Shown here: positions 9,967-19,545 of the stretch, piece after piece | Position numbering within the stretch: the first letter of the stretch is position 1 | Layout: each line of letters begins with the position of its first letter | Virus record (IMG/VR): IMGVR_UViG_3300006153_000386 | Span: 32,438 to 96,437 of that record | Origin: a virus | Taxonomy: Duplodnaviria > Caudoviricetes | Strand: one strand, 5' to 3' | DNA: 64,000 nucleotides | The notes under the pieces: generated by a model | What the model was told of the DNA's origin: nothing | Seen by the model: only the letters and a program-made list of their open reading frames with translations | Database searches by the model: none | Translations under genes and position numbers: made by a program

Positions 9967-11007
9967 TTACATATCAGACAAAGATTTCTTTTCTATATCT
10001 TTGATACCATCTTCTCCAAAGTATTGAGCAAACTGTTCATCTGCATCTATGTCTTTATAAGTGGCAACCATGTCATTTGATTCCCAACCAACAAGATTTT
10101 TAATTACATCATCTGGTAATCCACTACGAGAACAACTAGTTGTGAAGAAGTGACGTAATGAGTGCCAGTAAAACGGTACACCTAAAATTTTTGTAAATGT
10201 ATCTGCCCAACTATCCATAGTTGTAATTGGTACTTGTTCATCAATATAAACACCATTTTCTTTTCTTGGAATCAACCACTCAGAGGTAATATTGTTTTCT
10301 TCTCTATATTTTAACCATAAATCTAAGTATTTCTGAAAACCATTTTTTAGTGTATAAACTATAAGCTGCTTACCACGTGATCCTCTGCCCTTGGTAGTTA
10401 CAGTCTCAGGTGTCTTATATAAGGAACCATAAATGACATTTTCATTAGTAAAATATGATAACTTCATTCTTGGCAATTCTGCTTTTCTTCTACCATTATT
10501 CATTGCTAATGAAAGCATACACGCCTTATCGTACTGTCCCTTTTCAACTAATTTATCTAATAATTCTTGTAACTGACTTTCTTCAAGAATAGTCTTTTCT
10601 CTAACAGCACAAGCTGCTGGGCTTTCGATTTTTCTGATTATTGGTCTATATCCTTCAAATTCATCATCCATCATATTTTCAATGAAGTTGCTCATAGACG
10701 AGAGGGTAGATTTTACTCTTCGCATTCTTGCAGGACTCCAACCCAAAGTATTCAAACAATAATTCTGATATTTTGCAATTTCACGTTTAGATAAATCCAC
10801 AAAGAATTTATTATTGTTATTATCAAGATTCCAGCACCAGAATATGTTTAAGTCATTGCGATAGGCATCCACTGTAGATTTACTTCGATCAATGGAAGTA
10901 AGATATTCTAAGAAATCGTTTCCCAATTGAAGATTTTCTGGATTGACCTTTGATATTTTTTCTGGTGAAGAAATACTGTTATAGACAGTTTTTCTACCAT
11001 TTCCCAT
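9967..11007 (-). CDS. Tyrosine recombinase/integrase
   Basis: Core-binding domain then R (GRRKAEL), K (KGRG), HSLRH, W (VGW), Y (VATY). Confidence 0.9.
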   Translation of the reverse strand: MGNGRKTVYNSISSPEKISKVNPENLQLGNDFLEYLTSIDRSKSTVDAYRNDLNIFWCWNLDNNNNKFFVDLSKREIAKYQNYCLNTLGWSPARMRRVKSTLSSMSNFIENMMDDEFEGYRPIIRKIESPAACAVREKTILEESQLQELLDKLVEKGQYDKACMLSLAMNNGRRKAELPRMKLSYFTNENVIYGSLYKTPETVTTKGRGSRGKQLIVYTLKNGFQKYLDLWLKYREENNITSEWLIPRKENGVYIDEQVPITTMDSWADTFTKILGVPFYWHSLRHFFTTSCSRSGLPDDVIKNLVGWESNDMVATYKDIDADEQFAQYFGEDGIKDIEKKSLSDM

Positions 11008-11097
11008 AAAATATTCACTTCCTTCCGTTCAATAAGTAACTTGTCACATCACAAGTTGACTGGCTACTTGCACCGCCAATATATCTCTATATGTGAA

Positions 11098-11936
11098 TTA
11101 ATCCGATTTATTATTTAGCAAATCATCAATTTCAACATTATTTTCTCTACATAATGACAAAGCTACACTGATTGCGTTTGCTAATTCTGAATCATCAATC
11201 ATATTCAATGTCTTAGGTTTCTTTCCAGTAGTGTTAATATGATTGGTAATTCTTGAATTTATATTGATACTGTGTTTGTATAAAAGTTCTTTCTTGTAGT
11301 TATTCCATGCTTTACCAAAGTCTCCAATAGAAGAAGCATACGCTCTAACCAAAGAATTAATCAAAGGCCTATCTGCCCATTCAAGATTTTTCTGTGCAAG
11401 AAGATCGTTCTCATTATTTAAAGAAACAATTTTCTTTTGTTTTTCCTCAATATTAACAAGCAATCCTTTAACTAGCGATTTCTGTTCATCTGGAACATCT
11501 GAAAAATATGTATTTACCATTAGTTCAACATTATTAATATAACCACCTGTTTTACGGATTGTAGGTAAAACCTCAGATGTAACCCAATGTTTAAAATCTT
11601 TTGCTGTGTCAAGTTCACTTCCAAATATTAAAGCATATAGTGCAGATTCATTAATTATATATCCACCCCTTTGACCTAATTCTTTGATATCAAACTCAAC
11701 ACCTGTGAGGGGATGAGTTTTATCATAAAGAATATAATCATCTTCGTGACACTGTTGCTTTAATACATCTGAATATCCTTTCTTGTAACCAAGTGCTTCA
11801 ACAACATCTTTTCCTACAAATAAACTTCATTATTTATAAGTATAACTCTTATTTTTCCGAATTTTTTGTTTTGAAAAATTTTAAGGATATTATTAATGTT
11901 AGAAGTTCCTTTATTGTCATCTTTTTTCTTTCTCAT
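11098..11936 (-). pseudogene. BRO-N family antirepressor, frameshifted near the 5' end
   Basis: FVGKDVVEALGY...INESALYALIFGS...WVTSEVLPTIRKTGGY reads in frame with the 11098..11520 ORF; ATG with RBS at 11936 leads to an early stop. Confidence 0.75.
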
Positions 11937-12223
11937 TTTTGTTTTCTCCTTTTAATCAAAAAAAAATTATTTTCAGTAAAAGGAGAGTGGGAGGTAATTA
12001 TCCTCCAAGTCTCTCCATTGTTGGTGTGGTAGAGCATACCCTACACATGCGTACCACCAATGGCTTATCCGTCTAAAGGTAATCAGTCGCTTCACTGATC
12101 GGCAGTTACTTTCACTCACTGCAAATCTCTAAGTTATATTTCTCCAAATAAAAAAGACTTACGCTCAATTTCTGAACGCAAGTCTTTTTTATAAAAAATC
12201 TCATCGAATATCAGATACTATAT

Positions 12224-12868
12224 TTACCAATAAAACCTAAGTGGCTGTGGATGATACTCATAAAGATATTGTCTATATAACATATCAAACATACCAGACA
12301 CTTCTCTCTGAAAATTCTTTCTCATATCACGAATAATCTTTTCTGCTTCATCAGTATCTAAACCGACTTTTACAGTAATACTATATCCAGAATCATCCAA
12401 CTCATCTTCGGGGTCAGTTCCATCTAAATTTGTTTCGACATCATTATCATCTTCGTTGATATCCTCTAATTCCTCATTACCAATAGTAAACCAATCATGC
12501 TCTCCTAATGGCATATACTCATTGTTCTGCATATCAACCATTGCCTTGCTATTCACATCTTCATGAAATAAAATATAACCATCCGTGGAAACGTATTTAT
12601 CCTTTTGGGCAAGATAACATTTTTCTACATTAACGTGCCAATTATCGGATTCTACATCATCAAATAGAGATACAATATATTCTCTATCGTATTCTTCATC
12701 ATAATCAAGTTCACAACTTTCAAGAATTACATTTTTGTAATTAAGTAATTCCACCATAATATCAGTGACCATCTTTTTATTTGCAATTACAGACACAAGA
12801 TTATCTTCGTTATCTAAATTGTCAAACATGTGAGATACTAAATTTTCAATATTTTCAAAGTTCAACAT
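12224..12868 (-). CDS. Hypothetical acidic phage protein
   Basis: ORF with GGAGG RBS. Confidence 0.65.
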   Translation of the reverse strand: MLNFENIENLVSHMFDNLDNEDNLVSVIANKKMVTDIMVELLNYKNVILESCELDYDEEYDREYIVSLFDDVESDNWHVNVEKCYLAQKDKYVSTDGYILFHEDVNSKAMVDMQNNEYMPLGEHDWFTIGNEELEDINEDDNDVETNLDGTDPEDELDDSGYSITVKVGLDTDEAEKIIRDMRKNFQREVSGMFDMLYRQYLYEYHPQPLRFYW

Positions 12869-12886
12869 ATAACTACCTCCAAAAAG

Positions 12887-13162
12887 TTAAGCCTTTACAG
12901 CATCCTTTAATGCTTTACCAGCCTTAAACTTGGGAGATTTAGAAGCTGTAATGGTAATTGTTTCCCCTGTGGCTGGATTCCGCCCCTGACGTTCTGCACG
13001 TTCTACAACCTCAAAAGTTCCGAAACCTGTAATGGAAACTTTATCTCCATCAACCAATGTATCAGCAACAATATTAGTAAAGGCATTCAGTACCTTTTCA
13101 GCATCCTTTTTAGAAATTTCAGCCTTTTCAGCCATACCTGTGATCAATTCTGTTTTATTCAT
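12887..13162 (-). CDS. hup: HU family DNA-binding protein (YonN-like)
   Basis: MNKTELI...GFGTF...GRNPATGE...PKFKAGKALKDAV. Confidence 0.95.
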   Translation of the reverse strand: MNKTELITGMAEKAEISKKDAEKVLNAFTNIVADTLVDGDKVSITGFGTFEVVERAERQGRNPATGETITITASKSPKFKAGKALKDAVKA

Positions 13163-13458
13163 ATAATTTTTTTATTCCTTTCAATTTTCAATCTTTTTTA
13201 AAAGTGAAATAGCGGCATCAACAATTCCCTATCTCCGAGCCGTCTATTAATTTGGGCGTAGTACGGCTAATGACCACCTCTGCTAGTTGGAATTAATATA
13301 ATACGATACAGTAGTGACACTATATCGCTTAATCGAAGCGGACTACTCAAAAGTAGAAGAGTAGTCCTGTTCTCCATAGTCACTTATGCACATATAAAAT
13401 AGAAAAACTGTGTCACTCGTACACAGTCTACTTTGTCATGAAATTAGTATTCTATTTG

Positions 13459-14676
13459 TCAATCTAATGAAACAGGATAACAAGCCTTTATCCCATCGCT
13501 GTCAATTACACAAACCATCTGTGAAGGATTACCACTGAGCCTCTTAGAAATTGTATAATCATCAGTTGTTCCGCTAAAACTGCCACTTCTAATAATTTTT
13601 ACATTTGCGATATCGTCATAAGAACATCGATGCAAATGACCATAAAATATTCCTCTTGGTTTGAAATTGAGCATCATAACCAATTTAGACACACCAGATT
13701 CAGAGTAACTATCCCAATCACCATGTACCATAAGATATTCATTGCCACGAATTATGCAAGTGGCAATAGTGGAATCATAATTTTCATTATCAATAAAAAT
13801 TATATTCTGCAAATGGTTTAATTTTGCTTTCATATACCATGGAATAAGATTATCTAATCTATTTCCTCTGAGAACCTGATCCTTAAATGATGTCCTTGAA
13901 TGATTCCCAGCTACTCCATTTATATACACAGTCCTAAAACGTTTGCTCAATTCATAAATGAATGCAGAAATTAACTCCGCACTTTTTTGGATTTGCTCAG
14001 TGACATTTTCTCTATTTTCTAATTGTGTTGTAAAATGGATTTCGCCATTAAGAATATCACCTAATATACCAACATACGCATTTTCCGACTTGTGTATATT
14101 TTGTATTTCAATTATTTTTGAGAAATACTGAGATAATCTATTAGCAGCAATGTCGGAATTATATTTTCCGAAATAATTATCTGTGTCAATTCCTAAATGA
14201 AAATCAGATAAACAGATAAATAAATCATTGTCAGCAGATGCAATAAAATTATTCACTGGTGGAAGAGTGGTAGAACCATTCTTTTTGATTAGGCGTTCTA
14301 ATTTGGATAAATCTTCTTCAATTCTTGCATTTTCACGTAATGTTTTATTTAGGGCAGTACGCTCATCAAAAAGTTTTTGCTTTTCCTTCCTTATATCTTG
14401 TTTCTGAAGCTGTAACTCTTTAAAATAAGAATCTTCATCTTTACAAGTCTTAAAAGCGTTGGCATCTAAATATCTTTTGGCTTGCTGATAGGGCTTTCTA
14501 TAAGCCGCCTCGCTCCTGTACTCAGATTCGTCAGACCTAAATTCTGAATTTATAATTGCAGCTATTTCTTCCCAGTTCATGTCAAGAGTACCAGCATCTT
14601 TAGCAGAACCAAGTCTAAATATAAACTGTTCCTCATTTTCATTCTCTAAGCTATGTAAGTCAATAATAGTAGTCAC
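13459..14676 (-). CDS. Calcineurin-like metallophosphoesterase (YonJ-like)
   Basis: SDFH, GD, GNH, HGD, GHLH motifs. Confidence 0.85.
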   Translation of the reverse strand: MTTIIDLHSLENENEEQFIFRLGSAKDAGTLDMNWEEIAAIINSEFRSDESEYRSEAAYRKPYQQAKRYLDANAFKTCKDEDSYFKELQLQKQDIRKEKQKLFDERTALNKTLRENARIEEDLSKLERLIKKNGSTTLPPVNNFIASADNDLFICLSDFHLGIDTDNYFGKYNSDIAANRLSQYFSKIIEIQNIHKSENAYVGILGDILNGEIHFTTQLENRENVTEQIQKSAELISAFIYELSKRFRTVYINGVAGNHSRTSFKDQVLRGNRLDNLIPWYMKAKLNHLQNIIFIDNENYDSTIATCIIRGNEYLMVHGDWDSYSESGVSKLVMMLNFKPRGIFYGHLHRCSYDDIANVKIIRSGSFSGTTDDYTISKRLSGNPSQMVCVIDSDGIKACYPVSLD

Positions 14677-14682
14677 CTACTT

Positions 14683-14895
14683 TCATTCTTCATCAAACAT
14701 CGAACTAGAAATTGGAGCAGCTCCACCCAATTTAAGATCAATAGCCTGTCCAACATACTGTTTAAACATATTTACAATACTAATAGGAGCGTCAAATGCT
14801 TCCTCATTCACTAAAACTAATTCGCCATTGATTTCCTCAACTCTTGCACCTACAATATTTTCAATTGTTTGGTGTGTATTATCTAATTTTGCCAT
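14683..14895 (-). CDS. Small phage protein (YonK-like position)
   Basis: ORF with RBS upstream of the phosphoesterase. Confidence 0.5.
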   Translation of the reverse strand: MAKLDNTHQTIENIVGARVEEINGELVLVNEEAFDAPISIVNMFKQYVGQAIDLKLGGAAPISSSMFDEE

Positions 14896-15016
14896 TTAAA
14901 ATCTTCCTTTCATTTATGCTTTTTTATATCTTTTCAACACTTATATTTACAATTTGTGGGCTATTGACGATGAGCCTTGCAACGGAGGACTGTTTTGTAC
15001 TAAACAGACAAAAGAG

Positions 15017-15086
15017 TAGCGGATTCTGACTCGAACAGACCCATTGGGGTATGAACCCAATATGCAACCATTTACACCTTACCGCA
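15017..15086 (-). tRNA. tRNA-Met(CAU), initiator-like, degenerate acceptor stem
   Basis: TTGGG-TTCATAC-CCCAA anticodon arm with three G-C pairs, unpaired 1:72, T loop TTCGAGT. Confidence 0.65.
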
Positions 15087-15088
15087 AA

Positions 15089-15162
15089 TGTACCCAATAG
15101 GATTTGAACCTATGACATTCTGATTAAAAATCAGATGCTCTACCAAACTGAGCTATGGATAC
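15089..15162 (-). tRNA. tRNA-Lys(UUU)
   Basis: Canonical cloverleaf, TCTGA-TTTTTAA-TCAGA. Confidence 0.9.
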
Positions 15163-15554
15163 AAGAACAAATGACGATACTGCTAGAATAGCAGTACCGC
15201 CACCTGTATAAGAAATGAGAAATAAAACTAACTAATAAGAAATAAATCTCAAACACTCTGTATAAACGCCTATATAATTACTTCCAGAGCAACGAATCCG
15301 TACAGTCTTGAATGGGAATCTTAACTGGTTTCATCACGTTTCGCAAGTTTTTAATATGGCATCATCCCAACTAACTTATAACCATATCTTAGACGAAAAA
15401 TAATTTCTACTCATTTAAGAGCTATTTTCAGAACCGGCAACGAATTAGTACCGATGTACTTTTGATAGGTAGTCACAACCTAAATATTTCAAACCACGAC
15501 CTTTATTTCTCCATATCGTGTAGGATAAATCACTGTTCTGTTTTATTATTTCTA

Positions 15555-16316
15555 TTAAGCAGCTTTGAAGTTTTTATCATTTTCAATTAAAAACTCATAA
15601 TTTACAATAATATCATATACTTCATTAGGAATAATATTTTTATATTCATTTGCAACTTTTATTATTTCTTGTTTCTTTTTCTGAGTCTGGTAATAATACG
15701 CCTCTTCGATAGTGTTATATATACCTATAGATTCACCACCATATTTGGCTTGATAACCATTAATACATTTGATTATTCCATTTGGCAAATCTCGTTTATT
15801 TGGTTTGTTAAGAAATAGCATATTGATTTTTTGTGGAACGAGTATACATGTATCTGGCGAATAAACTTTACAACATGGATTTTTAATGTCTTTATCTACA
15901 TGCAGTCTTTCATTTACAACATATTTATGATTTTCAAACCATTGAGCAAAGTTTTGAAAATTTAACCACTCATCACAAACGGAACGTTTATCTAAGTATG
16001 CGTTATTTTTAGCATTTTCTTTTTGATAATAGCATCTTTTTATCATGTTTACCCAAGCAGTATATTCTTGCGTATATTCTCCATTTGTTGTCACTTTAAC
16101 TTTATATTTTCCACTACCAATTGCTCCAACGCCATAAAGACATTTATCATAGGGATTTTTGATTTCGCCTCTTTTAAAGTTTGAATATGTAACATGCTTT
16201 TTAATAAAATGATAATCATCTAAAAATTCTACATCCATATCATCATGTCTTCTATAGAATACAACTTTCATCTTTGTCCCAAACGTATTTATTCGTATTT
16301 CATTTAATCTATTAAT
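15555..16316 (-). CDS. AP2/HNH-type homing-endonuclease-like protein (likely ATT start 16316)
   Basis: WVNMIKRCY...VCDEWLNFQNF...RLHVDKDI...YSPDTC; paralog of 34748..35479. Confidence 0.7.
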   Translation of the reverse strand: MNRLNEIRINTFGTKMKVVFYRRHDDMDVEFLDDYHFIKKHVTYSNFKRGEIKNPYDKCLYGVGAIGSGKYKVKVTTNGEYTQEYTAWVNMIKRCYYQKENAKNNAYLDKRSVCDEWLNFQNFAQWFENHKYVVNERLHVDKDIKNPCCKVYSPDTCILVPQKINMLFLNKPNKRDLPNGIIKCINGYQAKYGGESIGIYNTIEEAYYYQTQKKKQEIIKVANEYKNIIPNEVYDIIVNYEFLIENDKNFKAA

Positions 16317-16349
16317 ATTGATTCCTCCTTACCCAAGGAAAGATAAATT

Positions 16350-16619
16350 TTATTGTTTTAACTTAGAACTGGGAATAAAACGTATATATTTAGCATTGGG
16401 GATTTCTTGAATGGAACCATCACTTATATTTTTCCCCTTTGTCTTTTTTGTGAATGGGTAGAATCTTCCAAGCCCTTCAATTTTAACTACATGTCCATTC
16501 CTTATTTCATTACCAATAATATTTATAAAAGTGTTAATTGTATCTTCAACCCTATTTTTTTCAATATTGCTTTCGACAGTTTTCCATGTCTCGTGAATTA
16601 GTTCAGATTTTACTATCAA
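16350..16619 (-). CDS. Second, divergent HU/IHF-like protein
   Basis: KSELI...VKIEGLGRF...GKNISDG...IRFIPSSKLK. Confidence 0.7.
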   Translation of the reverse strand: MIVKSELIHETWKTVESNIEKNRVEDTINTFINIIGNEIRNGHVVKIEGLGRFYPFTKKTKGKNISDGSIQEIPNAKYIRFIPSSKLKQ

Positions 16620-16701
16620 TTATCACCCTTTCTTATTCCTACCTTAATGCATCCTTATCTGCAAATCCAAATTTTCCGAGTAGTACTCGGAAAATTTGGA
16701 T

Positions 16702-19545
16702 TTATAAAATTGCCTTGGGGGAACTTTTTTTAGAAAATTTAAAACCATACACATCAATTTCTCCGTTTTTATCCTCGCATAAAAATATATTAACCCTATT
16801 ATATTGATTCAATATGTCGGTTAAAATGTCATTCTTATAATTAAACAAAATATAAAATAGTAAGTTTTTAATTGATGAATTATTCTTACTTTCTAAACTT
16901 TTCAATAATCGATACATTGTATGTTGGTTGATCTTCATCCGATTAATTTCATATAATAATTCCATCCTTGCCCGATTCCTATAGTAACAATGATCTTCGT
17001 AAAAAGATGGATTACACGAAACCATTTTTATGTAATTTAAAGTTTCGTTTGTCATATGGATTATTTTTGCGACCTGTTTTTTGTTTACTAAGTTCTTATC
17101 ATAATCTTTTGGTCTAAATATATCTGCCACAGATAAAAAACCACTTCCCATAGATTTTCCAGAGCGGTTTTGATTAATACAGTTGTGCAGGTAATCCATA
17201 CTGGTATTATATTTCTGGTAATCTTTTCTATCTACATTCTTGTAATTCTTTGTTTCTGCAATAAATCCTAGAAAATAGGGAGTACGTTTTCTTCCATCAG
17301 ATGTGGTCAATAAGTTCTCATATTTCTTTCGCATTCGTTTCAATTCCTTTGTGGTATCTACAGGATATTCTTTTTTAGCTTTATCTATTTCAATATTGCT
17401 CATAACATCCAATTGACAAACATCATAATATATTTCTTTTATCTGGTCATATTGTTCTTCTGCGGATTGTCCAGATTTAGATACCATATCCCATAATAAT
17501 GAATTAAGCTCCTGCGACAGATTTACAATTTCGCCAATCTTATTATTACTAGTTTTGTCGTCAAGATCAGTCAAGTCAGTAGGTGTATAGTGTCTTTTTG
17601 ATTTTGGAGGATTTATATTACGTGTTGGAACTTTGAAGATATGATAATTCTTTTTGGCGGAATCAATCAATATCTTATTATCTGTAATAAGCAAAGTATC
17701 GCTGTCAAAATCCGCACCACTTAATCTTTCCAGTATATTTTCTCCAATGCTGTTAATACAAATGATATTTGATGTAAGATTGAAATATCTGTCAATTGTT
17801 TCACACTCTACATTCTTAGTTATTAGAATATTCCCAATCGTGACATGTGGACTACGACTTCCAAGAATATCACATCCATAAGGATACCTTGTATTATGTA
17901 CTGTACCAGATTTAAGAATAGATATTCCGTCAAATTTTCCTATTGATTGTAATAACATTTCATATGGATTACCAAACAGTGTGGCATATGTACCGTTCAG
18001 AAGAATATGTCCCTTTTTCATATTCCTTAAATAAGAACGACACAAATCCTTTTTGAAATCATAATAAACACGAGTCTTATGAAAATCACAGTTATAATTC
18101 AATAACTTATACACAATCTCATTTTTATTCCTCATGATATTATCATCTTCAAATTCTGAATTATCTTCTGTATCACTGAATTTCAAGTGGTATCTCATAA
18201 CATCAACATCAGTATTAATCAAATTGATATAATCCAAACCTTCTTTTACAATATACTTAATATCATCCTGCGATAATTGCAAAGTATTTAGAAGCTGGTA
18301 ATGAGCTTGAACCATACGTCCTCCAAAATAGTGCGTATCCTTGTCATGCTTTACGATTCCGAAAAACGGGTAAATATTTTCCAACCATGTTTTCAAATCT
18401 CCAAATTTATAAAATTTTATACTGGATGGAGTAGTTATAAGTTTTATATCTTTTATATCATTGGCTATTGTTTCCCCTTTTAACTGTGAAACATTCGTTA
18501 TATTGTTATCTTCAAAGAACCTTTGAATATTTGTATTGAAACAACATGACTTAAAAAACTTATTCCTCAATAACAGCATTCCTTTTGAAAGGTATTTACC
18601 CATCAAGGAAAAATCAATCAATGACTGACCATCCCAAATAGAATTAGAAATCTCCATTTCTTTTTCTTCTGTCTTCAACCATCCGTCTTCAAGATCAGTA
18701 CACACGGCATTATCATGAAAAATGCTTGTCCAATCATCAACAACAAGTATATTTTCGGGGCGGATTTCAAGTGTGTCTATAATGCTGCTTGTTGGCAACG
18801 ATATATATGCTTCAAATGCGGCAATGTCCAATTCGTCACCTTTTTTTATATCTAAACCACATTGTTCAGATTTATGCATATCAGGATACAGGCGTTTGTC
18901 AACAAAAAGGCATTTACCAACCCTTGCTGATCCGCTAGACCTCTTAAACCTGCAATAATGAATGCCGTTGCAGATAAATCCGTTTTCATAACACCATTCT
19001 CTCAACCATTTTGCCGACTTTACAGTTTTTATTGTCTTTACCAACAAATATATATATGTCATTTTCTCTTTATCATAAGTGCACGCAAAATAAGAGGGTA
19101 GGAGAGTAGTGTCTACAGAATTGTAAAAGGGTTCATCTGTTTTTAATGCCACCAGAATCTTTTCACCATTACTATCTATATCTACAGCATATCCATCAGT
19201 TAAATCATAATCCCTTAAATTATATCCATTTCTAACATAAGTATTTTTGGCGGTTTTATTAAACTCTTTGACTGCATATTTAAAAGTTACGTTTATAACT
19301 TTTGATGAATATTTTTTCCCTTTATATTCAAATGACAAAGAATCTTTTTTACCATATACCTTTGTTGCTACATCTCTCAACTCTATTAAATCCAAACTGT
19401 AATCAAAGCTATTAATATATTTCCCTAAATTATCAGTACCATCCTTACGGGTAAGTTTATACCCATAAGGAGTGCTTTTGATAAAATTATTGGATAAGTA
19501 CAAATCCTTGGCATCAATTGATGGGATGTATAAATTATTTCTCAT
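16702..19545 (-). CDS. YonO-like single-subunit RNA polymerase (double-psi beta-barrel, RdRP-homologous)
   Basis: RSSGSARVGK, SIWDGQSLI, RSPH, catalytic-loop LSGADFDSD, IDKAKK; neighbours match the SPbeta yonN/yonO region. Confidence 0.85.
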   Translation of the reverse strand: MRNNLYIPSIDAKDLYLSNNFIKSTPYGYKLTRKDGTDNLGKYINSFDYSLDLIELRDVATKVYGKKDSLSFEYKGKKYSSKVINVTFKYAVKEFNKTAKNTYVRNGYNLRDYDLTDGYAVDIDSNGEKILVALKTDEPFYNSVDTTLLPSYFACTYDKEKMTYIYLLVKTIKTVKSAKWLREWCYENGFICNGIHYCRFKRSSGSARVGKCLFVDKRLYPDMHKSEQCGLDIKKGDELDIAAFEAYISLPTSSIIDTLEIRPENILVVDDWTSIFHDNAVCTDLEDGWLKTEEKEMEISNSIWDGQSLIDFSLMGKYLSKGMLLLRNKFFKSCCFNTNIQRFFEDNNITNVSQLKGETIANDIKDIKLITTPSSIKFYKFGDLKTWLENIYPFFGIVKHDKDTHYFGGRMVQAHYQLLNTLQLSQDDIKYIVKEGLDYINLINTDVDVMRYHLKFSDTEDNSEFEDDNIMRNKNEIVYKLLNYNCDFHKTRVYYDFKKDLCRSYLRNMKKGHILLNGTYATLFGNPYEMLLQSIGKFDGISILKSGTVHNTRYPYGCDILGSRSPHVTIGNILITKNVECETIDRYFNLTSNIICINSIGENILERLSGADFDSDTLLITDNKILIDSAKKNYHIFKVPTRNINPPKSKRHYTPTDLTDLDDKTSNNKIGEIVNLSQELNSLLWDMVSKSGQSAEEQYDQIKEIYYDVCQLDVMSNIEIDKAKKEYPVDTTKELKRMRKKYENLLTTSDGRKRTPYFLGFIAETKNYKNVDRKDYQKYNTSMDYLHNCINQNRSGKSMGSGFLSVADIFRPKDYDKNLVNKKQVAKIIHMTNETLNYIKMVSCNPSFYEDHCYYRNRARMELLYEINRMKINQHTMYRLLKSLESKNNSSIKNLLFYILFNYKNDILTDILNQYNRVNIFLCEDKNGEIDVYGFKFSKKSSPKAIL

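Noticed and set aside
5160-15170. Theta (HDV-like) ribozymes at tRNA 3' ends
   Set aside because: The 3' flanks show terminators or short AT spacers, with no HDV-like double pseudoknot visible
16702-19545. Calling the 947-aa protein an RNA-dependent RNA polymerase
   Set aside because: The dsDNA phage context and SPbeta-like synteny favour a YonO-type DNA-dependent enzyme
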